Source of the DNA: Mucisphaera calidilacus
Lineage (GTDB): Bacteria; Planctomycetota; Phycisphaerae; Phycisphaerales; Phycisphaeraceae
Length of the DNA: 32,000 nt
Assembly (NCBI RefSeq): GCF_007748075.1
Contig: NZ_CP036280.1
Span: forward strand, 1,860,001 to 1,892,000
Reading direction: 5' to 3'
The position numbers were made by a program, and so were the translations under genes. Under the pieces are notes generated by a model that did no database searches, was not told the origin of the DNA, and saw nothing but the letters and a program-made list of their open reading frames with translations. This document shows positions 25,720 to 32,000 of this stretch, piece after piece (the first letter of the stretch is position 1; each line of letters begins with the position of its first letter).

Positions 25720-27501
25720 ATGGCACACAGAAGAAAGCAGATCGGCGAGTTCCTCAAGCAGTGGGGTCTCATCGACGACACGCAGATCTCCGAGGCCCTC
25801 ACCGTCTCCTCCGGAACACGCAAACGCATCGGCGAAGCGCTCGTCGACCTCGGGTACGTCGGCGAGAACGAGGTCGCCAAGGCCATCGCCTCCCAGTACG
25901 ACATGGAGTTCGTCGACCTCGACCAGCCCGACGCCATCACCTTCGAAAACCTCGAACTCATCCCACCCGACCTCATCAAGAAATACACCGTCCTGCCCCT
26001 CGGTAAGGAAAACGACCGCATCAAGGTCCTCGTCCACGACCCCATGGACCTCACCGTCATCGACGACCTCCGCTTCCGGCTCGGCTCCGAGATCGAACTC
26101 GCCATCGGCGCCAAGGGCAAGATCCGCGAGTTCATCGACCAGGTCATGTCCGAGTCCAAGGCCTCCATCGACGAGGCCGTCCGCCAGATGACCATCGACG
26201 CCTCCATCGACTCCTCGATGGACATGTCGATCGACCGCGGCGCCTCCATGGACATCGCCACCGCCGCCAACGCCGCCGAGAACACCGACGACCCCTCCGC
26301 AGCACCCGTCGTCCGACTCGTCAACAAGATCATCACCGAGGGCGTCAAGTCACGAGCCTCCGACATCCACATCGAGCCCTTCGAGGACCGCGTACGCCTC
26401 CGATACCGCATCGACGGGCGCTGCCACGAGCAGGACCTCATCCCCAAGCGAACCCAGAACGCCGTCATCGCACGTCTCAAGATCATGTCCGGCATGCGCG
26501 TCGAGGAAAAACGCATCCCGCAGGACGGACGCATCAAGATCACCATGAGCGGAACCACCGTTGACTTCCGCGTCTCCGCCTGCCCCGCCTACCACGGCGA
26601 ATCGGTCGTCCTCCGTATCCTCCGGTCCGACGCAGCCCAGCTCGGGCTCCAGAAACTCGGCATGGAGACCGACACCCTCGAAACCTTCCGCAACATCATC
26701 AAACGGCCCAACGGCATCTTCCTCGTCACCGGACCCACCGGCTCCGGAAAGACCACCTCCCTCTACTCCGCACTCAACGAACTCAACACCACCGACCGCA
26801 AGATCATCACCGCCGAAGACCCCATCGAATACAACTTCAAGGGCATCAACCAGTGCCAGGTCAACGAGTCCATCGGACTCACCTTCCAGAACATCCTCCG
26901 CGCCATGCTCCGACAGGCACCCAACATCATCCTCGTCGGTGAGATCCGCGACAAGGAGGTCGGCGACGTCGCCATCCAGGCCGCACTCACCGGCCACATG
27001 GTCTTCTCCACACTCCACACCAACGACGCGCCCTCCGCCATCACGCGACTCATCGACATGGGACTCAAGCCCTTCCTCGTCGCCAGCTCCATCCAGGCCA
27101 TCCTCGCCCAGCGACTCATCCGCGTCCTCTGCCCCGAGTGCAAACAACCCGAAGAAAACCCCGACCCCCAGCAGCTCGCGCTCGTCGGACTCAAACGCTC
27201 CGACACCGAGGGACAGAACCTCTGCAAGCCCGTCGGCTGCTCCGCCTGCGGCGGCTCAGGCTTCCGCGGACGACAGGGCATCTACGAGATCCTCGAGATG
27301 AACAGCGAGATCCGATCCCTCGCCTTCGAACGCGCCCCCGTCAACAAGCTACGCGACGCCGCCACCGCCTCCGGCATGCGCGACCTCCTCGGCGACGGCC
27401 GACTCAAGGCGCTCCACGGCATCACCACGCTCGGCGAGGTCGCTCGCTTCGCGCAGGTCGAAGGCACCGTCAGCGTCGACGAGGAAGAAACCGCGGCCTG
27501 A
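25720..27501 (+). CDS. pilB: Type IV pilus assembly / type II secretion ATPase, GspE/PilB family (paralog 1, with N-terminal MshEN/T2SSE_N domain)
   Basis: 593-aa ORF with Walker A GPTGSGKTTS, Asp box, Walker B ILVGEIRD and His box TGHMVFSTLHTND. The tetracysteine zinc motif reads CPEC...CSAC, followed by GFRGRQGIYEIL. N-terminal T2SSE_N repeats are present. Confidence 0.9.
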   Translation: MAHRRKQIGEFLKQWGLIDDTQISEALTVSSGTRKRIGEALVDLGYVGENEVAKAIASQYDMEFVDLDQPDAITFENLELIPPDLIKKYTVLPLGKENDRIKVLVHDPMDLTVIDDLRFRLGSEIELAIGAKGKIREFIDQVMSESKASIDEAVRQMTIDASIDSSMDMSIDRGASMDIATAANAAENTDDPSAAPVVRLVNKIITEGVKSRASDIHIEPFEDRVRLRYRIDGRCHEQDLIPKRTQNAVIARLKIMSGMRVEEKRIPQDGRIKITMSGTTVDFRVSACPAYHGESVVLRILRSDAAQLGLQKLGMETDTLETFRNIIKRPNGIFLVTGPTGSGKTTSLYSALNELNTTDRKIITAEDPIEYNFKGINQCQVNESIGLTFQNILRAMLRQAPNIILVGEIRDKEVGDVAIQAALTGHMVFSTLHTNDAPSAITRLIDMGLKPFLVASSIQAILAQRLIRVLCPECKQPEENPDPQQLALVGLKRSDTEGQNLCKPVGCSACGGSGFRGRQGIYEILEMNSEIRSLAFERAPVNKLRDAATASGMRDLLGDGRLKALHGITTLGEVARFAQVEGTVSVDEEETAA

Positions 27502-27551
27502 ACCCCAGACCACATTCGTAACCCACCGATCGCACACCCAGGAGTTTCTCG

Positions 27552-28682
27552 ATGTCGACCATTCAGATCGACCGCCTGCTCGACACCGTCGTCAAACAAG
27601 GCGCTTCCGACCTCCACCTCACCGTCGGCAAGGCACCCACCGTCCGCATGCGCGGCCGGCTCATCGAACTCAAAACCAAGATCCTCGACGCGGGCGACAC
27701 CACCGCACTCATGAAGGCCATCGCGCCCGAACGCTCGCAGAACGAGCTCCAGGAAGAAGGCGGCTCCGACTTCGGCTTCGCCTATGGCGACGCGGCACGC
27801 TTCCGTGTCTCCATCTTCAAACAGAAAAGCAACGTCTCGCTCGTCCTCCGGCAGATCCCCAACAAGCTCCTCGACATCGAGACCATCGGGCTCCCCAAGC
27901 TCGTCCCCGAACTCGTCACACGACCCCGAGGACTCTTCCTCGTCACCGGACCCACCGGCTCCGGAAAGACCACCTCCCTCGCCTCGATGATCAACCACGT
28001 CAACCTGACGACCGACCGCCACATCATCACCATCGAAGACCCCATCGAGTACTACCACGAACACAAAAAATCGGTCGTCAACCAACGCGAGGTCGGCGCC
28101 GACGTCCCCTCCTTCGCAGAAGCACTCCGACGCGCCCTCCGACAGGACCCCGACGTCATCCTCGTCGGCGAAATGCGTGACCTCGAAACCATCGAGGCCG
28201 CCATCACCGCCGCCGAAACCGGCCACCTCGTCTTCGGAACCCTTCACACCACCGGCGCATCCGGCACCATCAACCGAATCATCGACGCCTTCCCGGTGAG
28301 CCAGCAGGCCCAGATCCGCGTCCAGCTCTCCACCGCGCTCATGGCCGTCGTCTCCCAGCAGCTACTGCCACGCGTCGACATCAAGGGCATGGTCGCCGCC
28401 TACGAGTTCATGGTCGTCACCCCCGGCATCGCCAACATCATGCGTGAAGGCAAAACCTTCCGCCTCGACTCCGAGATCCAGACCGGCAAAAAATGGGGCA
28501 TGCAGCTCCTCGACGACCACCTCTGGGAGCTCTACCAGCGCGGATGGATCGACCCCGCCGAGATGCTTGACAAGGCCAAAAACCCCTCCGAACTCCAGGA
28601 AAAACTCCACCGCGCCGGTGTCAAAATCGGCCGCACCGAGGTCGACGACGCCGAACCCGCCGACTCCGACGGCAAGTCCTGA
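27552..28682 (+). CDS. pilT: Type IV pilus retraction ATPase PilT
   Basis: 376-aa ORF with ASDLHLTVGKAPTVRMRG, Walker A GPTGSGKTTS, ILVGEMRD, TGHLVFGTLHT, and the PilT-specific AIANIMREGK-type motif (GIANIMREGKT). AGGAG Shine-Dalgarno upstream. Confidence 0.92.
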   Translation: MSTIQIDRLLDTVVKQGASDLHLTVGKAPTVRMRGRLIELKTKILDAGDTTALMKAIAPERSQNELQEEGGSDFGFAYGDAARFRVSIFKQKSNVSLVLRQIPNKLLDIETIGLPKLVPELVTRPRGLFLVTGPTGSGKTTSLASMINHVNLTTDRHIITIEDPIEYYHEHKKSVVNQREVGADVPSFAEALRRALRQDPDVILVGEMRDLETIEAAITAAETGHLVFGTLHTTGASGTINRIIDAFPVSQQAQIRVQLSTALMAVVSQQLLPRVDIKGMVAAYEFMVVTPGIANIMREGKTFRLDSEIQTGKKWGMQLLDDHLWELYQRGWIDPAEMLDKAKNPSELQEKLHRAGVKIGRTEVDDAEPADSDGKS

Positions 28683-28847
28683 TACCCCAAACCAACTCAA
28701 GGCACACTTTAAGTGTCTTGAATTCTCGCTGTCGATTGTTTTATTTCCTCATGAGGCGGTTGTCATCGGGCCGAACCAGGCTCATAGTGAACTTAGCCAA
28801 AGGCTGGCGACCGCACCGTCCACGCAACGTGGAGGAAACCCAGAACC

Positions 28848-30593
28848 ATGTCCGAAGCATCACTCGACGAACTACGCGGACGAAAGCTTGGCCGAATCCT
28901 CACCAAGATGGGCCACGTCACACGCGGACAGGTTCAGGAAGCCCTCGGCCTCCAGAAAGAACGAAAGTCCCCCATCGGGCAGATCCTCATCGAACTCGGC
29001 TACGTGAACGCCGATCAGGTCAACCTTGCCCTCGCCGCCCAGGCCGGCATGCAGACCATCGATCCCTCCTCGATGGACATCCCCGACGAGATCGTCAAGC
29101 TCATCCCCGCCGAGATGGCCCAGGCCTACCAGGTCCTGCCCATCAGCCACGACCCCGACGCCAACCAGCTCACCGTCGCACTCAAGTCCGCCGACAACTT
29201 CCGCGCCGTCGATGACCTCCGACTCCTCATGGGATTCGACGTCAAGGCCGTCGTCGCACCCGCCGAGGCCCTCTCCAAACTCATCGACCAGTTCTACGGC
29301 CAGTCCGACGAGTCCCTCGCCGAGCTCGTCTCCGAACTCGCAGGCGACGAGGCCTTCGAAGAATTCGCAGGACGCGGCGAGTCCATCGACATCGAAGAGG
29401 TCATGTCCGCCGCCGACGACAACAAGGTCAGGCGGCTCCTCAACCTCGTCCTCCTCCAGGCCATCAAGGACAAGGCCTCCGACATCCACTTCGAGCCCTT
29501 CGAGGACGAATTCAAGATGCGCTACCGCATCGACGGCGTCCTCTACGAGATGATCCCCCCGCCCCCCCACATGGCCATCCCCATCGTCTCACGCGTCAAG
29601 GTCATGGCCAACCTCGACATCGCCGAACGACGACTCCCCCAGGACGGCCGCATCGAACTCGACGTCAACGGCGAACCCATCGACCTCCGCGTCGCCATCC
29701 TCCCCACCATGTTCGGCGAGTCCGTCGTCATGCGTGTCCTCGACCGAGGCAACACCGCACTCGAACTCGACAAACTCGGCCTCCGCAACGACGACCTCCA
29801 GGACGTCCGCCAGCTGATGCGCAAGCCCAACGGCATCGTCATCGTCACCGGACCCACCGGCTCCGGCAAGACGACGACGCTCTACTCAGCCCTCGCCGAA
29901 CTCAACGAGATCACCGAGAAAATCCTCACCTGCGAAGACCCCGTCGAGTACGACATCGACGGGCTCGTTCAGATCCAGGTCAACTCCAACGTCGGCCTCA
30001 CCTTCGCCGCAGCACTCCGCAGCTTCCTCCGACAGGACCCCGACATCATCCTCGTCGGCGAGACCCGCGACCTCGAGACCGCACGCATCGCCGTCCAGGC
30101 CTCGCTCACCGGCCACCTCGTCTTCACCACACTCCACACCAACGACGCGCCCTCCTCCATCGCACGTCTGCTCGACCTCGGCCTCGAGACCTTCCTCATC
30201 ACCGCCACCATCGAGGGCATCATCGCACAGCGACTCGTCCGCAAGATCTGCACACGCTGCAAGACCGAGTACGAGCCCACCGAGGACGAACTCTCCCTCC
30301 TCCAGCTCACGCCCGAGGAGATCGAGGGGCGAACCTTCTACCGCGGCAAGGGCTGCGACTACTGCAACGGCTCCGGCTACAAAGGCCGACAAGGCCTTTA
30401 TGAAATCATGACACTTAATGACGAGATGCGCGAACTCATCATGAAAAACGCCTCCACCCAGGTCCTCACCGCCGAGGCACGCAAACGCGGCATGAGAACC
30501 CTCCGCGAGGCCGGACTCCTCGCACTCTACGACGGCTCCACCTCCATCGAGGAAATCATCAAGGAAACCCTCGCCACGGAAGCCGCAGACTAA
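28848..30593 (+). CDS. pilB: Type IV pilus assembly / type II secretion ATPase, GspE/PilB family (paralog 2, with N-terminal MshEN/T2SSE_N domain)
   Basis: 581-aa ORF with Walker A GPTGSGKTTT, ILVGETRD and TGHLVFTTLHTND. The tetracysteine motif reads CTRC...CDYC, followed by GYKGRQGLYEIM. GGAGGA Shine-Dalgarno at 28831-28836. Confidence 0.9.
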   Translation: MSEASLDELRGRKLGRILTKMGHVTRGQVQEALGLQKERKSPIGQILIELGYVNADQVNLALAAQAGMQTIDPSSMDIPDEIVKLIPAEMAQAYQVLPISHDPDANQLTVALKSADNFRAVDDLRLLMGFDVKAVVAPAEALSKLIDQFYGQSDESLAELVSELAGDEAFEEFAGRGESIDIEEVMSAADDNKVRRLLNLVLLQAIKDKASDIHFEPFEDEFKMRYRIDGVLYEMIPPPPHMAIPIVSRVKVMANLDIAERRLPQDGRIELDVNGEPIDLRVAILPTMFGESVVMRVLDRGNTALELDKLGLRNDDLQDVRQLMRKPNGIVIVTGPTGSGKTTTLYSALAELNEITEKILTCEDPVEYDIDGLVQIQVNSNVGLTFAAALRSFLRQDPDIILVGETRDLETARIAVQASLTGHLVFTTLHTNDAPSSIARLLDLGLETFLITATIEGIIAQRLVRKICTRCKTEYEPTEDELSLLQLTPEEIEGRTFYRGKGCDYCNGSGYKGRQGLYEIMTLNDEMRELIMKNASTQVLTAEARKRGMRTLREAGLLALYDGSTSIEEIIKETLATEAAD

Positions 30594-30619
30594 ATCAGCG
30601 ACAGGCAAAGGATTACGCC

Positions 30620-31942
30620 ATGCCCACCTTCCAGTACGAAGCCCTCAACGACGCCGGCAAGCCGCAGAAGGGCACCATCTCCGCCTCCACCTCCGAAGAA
30701 GCGATCTCACGCATCCGCAGCCAGGGCCTCTTCCCCACCTCCGTCCGTGAGCAGAAGGCCAAGGCCAAAAAAGGCAAGGGTGGCAAACAGGAAAAGAGCG
30801 CTAAGAGCGGCCAGAAAAAGGCCGGCGACATCGAGATCACCATCCCCGGTCTCGACGGCGTCTCCCAGAAACAGCTCACCACCTTCACCCGGCAGCTCTC
30901 CACGCTCCAGGACGCCGGCCTCCCCATCCTCCGATCCATCGACATCCTCCACGCCCAGCAAAAAGCCGGCAAGCTCAAGCGGACCCTCGGCGGCGTCTAC
31001 GAGGACGTCTCCTCCGGCTCATCACTCTCCGACGCCATGGGCAAGCACCCCGGCGTCTTCGACACCCTCTTCACCAAGATGATCGCAGCCGGCGAGATCG
31101 GCGGCGTCCTCGACCTCATCCTCAAACGACTCGCCGAGTTCCTCGAAAAAGCCGAGAAACTCAAGCGACGCATCAAGGGCGCCCTCACCTACCCCATCTC
31201 CGTCATCCTCATCGCAGCCGTCATCGTCCTCGCCATCATGATCTTCATCATCCCGTCGTTCATGTCCATCTTCGAGGACTTCGACGCCGAGATGCCCGCA
31301 CTCACCATCTTCCTCATGAACGCCTCCGCCTGGCTCGCCGGGCCCATCCTCGCATGGCTCGGCGCCGACGCTCCACCCGACCAGGTCATCCCCGGCGTCG
31401 TCTGGGTCTGCTTCACGCCCTTCATCGCCTACTTCGCCCTCAAGGTCATCCGCATGACCAACATCGGCAAGGCCACCACCGACTGGCTCATGCTCAAAAT
31501 GCCCGTCGTCGGCGGCATCGCCAGAGCCTCCATCATCGCCCGATTCACCCGAACCCTCGGCACGCTCATCCACGCAGGCGTCCCCATCCTCGACGCCATC
31601 ACCATCACCTCCGAGACCGCCGGCAACTACATCTACGCCAAAGCACTCATGGGCGTCCACGACTCGGTCAAGCAGGGCGACTCCTTCTCCGAACCCCTCC
31701 GCAAGGCCAAGGTCTGCGACTCGCTCGTCACCAACATGCTCGACGTCGGCGAGGAAACCGGCGACCTCGACAAGATGCTCATCCGCATCGCCGACGACTA
31801 CGACGAACAGGTCGACGTCGCCGTCGCCTCACTCACCTCACTCCTCGAACCCGTCATGATCGTGGTCCTCGGCGGCATCGTCGGAACCATCGTCATCGCC
31901 ATGTTCCTGCCCATGGTCGCGCTCATGCAGGCCGTCATGTGA
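30620..31942 (+). CDS. pilC: Type IV pilus inner-membrane platform protein PilC (GspF family)
   Basis: 440-aa ORF. It has the GspF-type N-terminus MPTFQYEALNDAGKPQKGTISASTSEEAISRIRSQGLFPTSV and two T2SSF repeats (FTRQLSTLQDAGLPILRSI and FTRTLGTLIHAGVPILDAI). TM segments are present, and a Lys-rich linker spans aa 44-68. Confidence 0.9.
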   Translation: MPTFQYEALNDAGKPQKGTISASTSEEAISRIRSQGLFPTSVREQKAKAKKGKGGKQEKSAKSGQKKAGDIEITIPGLDGVSQKQLTTFTRQLSTLQDAGLPILRSIDILHAQQKAGKLKRTLGGVYEDVSSGSSLSDAMGKHPGVFDTLFTKMIAAGEIGGVLDLILKRLAEFLEKAEKLKRRIKGALTYPISVILIAAVIVLAIMIFIIPSFMSIFEDFDAEMPALTIFLMNASAWLAGPILAWLGADAPPDQVIPGVVWVCFTPFIAYFALKVIRMTNIGKATTDWLMLKMPVVGGIARASIIARFTRTLGTLIHAGVPILDAITITSETAGNYIYAKALMGVHDSVKQGDSFSEPLRKAKVCDSLVTNMLDVGEETGDLDKMLIRIADDYDEQVDVAVASLTSLLEPVMIVVLGGIVGTIVIAMFLPMVALMQAVM

Positions 31943-32000
31943 TCCGGACGCAGACGTTCCCGACCGGAGCCTTACCTTGACACCAACGACCAACACATCC

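Noticed and set aside
28701-28716. GGCAC at 28701-28705, looked at as a possible sigma-54 -24 element upstream of pilB2. The spacer 28683-28847 was also considered as a possible c-di-GMP (GEMM) riboswitch because of GCCAAAGGC-like strings.
   Set aside because: The -12 position (GG-N10-GC) reads GT rather than GC, and TTGC is absent. I cannot recognise the conserved GEMM helices or tetraloop-receptor features by eye. It is left as a check (Rfam scan) in the spacer finding.
1-32000. Scan for CRISPR arrays, tandem or interspersed repeats, tRNA/rRNA genes, transposases, integrases, reverse transcriptases and toxin-antitoxin pairs.
   Set aside because: No regularly spaced direct repeats, cloverleaf-sized conserved intergenic elements or mobile-element ORFs were seen. 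The intergenic regions are short (mostly under 170 nt) and unique.

Overview
High-GC (about two-thirds G+C by eye) bacterial chromosomal segment, densely packed with 28 protein-coding genes. I see no rRNA, tRNA, CRISPR array, transposase or integrase. No similarity search was run: all product calls rest on motifs and family signatures read from the translated ORFs, plus third-codon-position periodicity to choose the real frame among the many spurious high-GC ORFs. The gene content is LL-DAP aminotransferase DapL, a GH57 glycosidase, a stand-alone CoaC, FliM, and a PilB-PilT-PilB-PilC block. This suggests a PVC/Planctomycetota-like (Phycisphaerae-like) organism, but that is inference only. Most of the window is housekeeping: pheT, alaS, dapL, accA, proC, tyrA, rpoZ, coaC, a ubiD-family gene, a SulP transporter and an aldo/keto reductase. 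Four things stand out. (1) A ~1 kb low-GC (~40%) single-gene islet at 15070-16051 encodes an AbiJ-NTD + Abi_C/HEPN abortive-infection-type protein, wedged between two convergent core genes. (2) Strand compositional asymmetry is very strong, so synonymous codon choice flips with gene orientation from ~6.2 kb to the end. (3) That asymmetry reverses polarity in the left ~5 kb, which looks like a terminus or an inversion breakpoint. (4) A type IV pilus motor cluster has two PilB/GspE-type ATPases, both with MshEN-like c-di-GMP-type motifs, bracketing PilT. I found no convincing multi-gene novel system; the HEPN islet is the best accessory or defence candidate.
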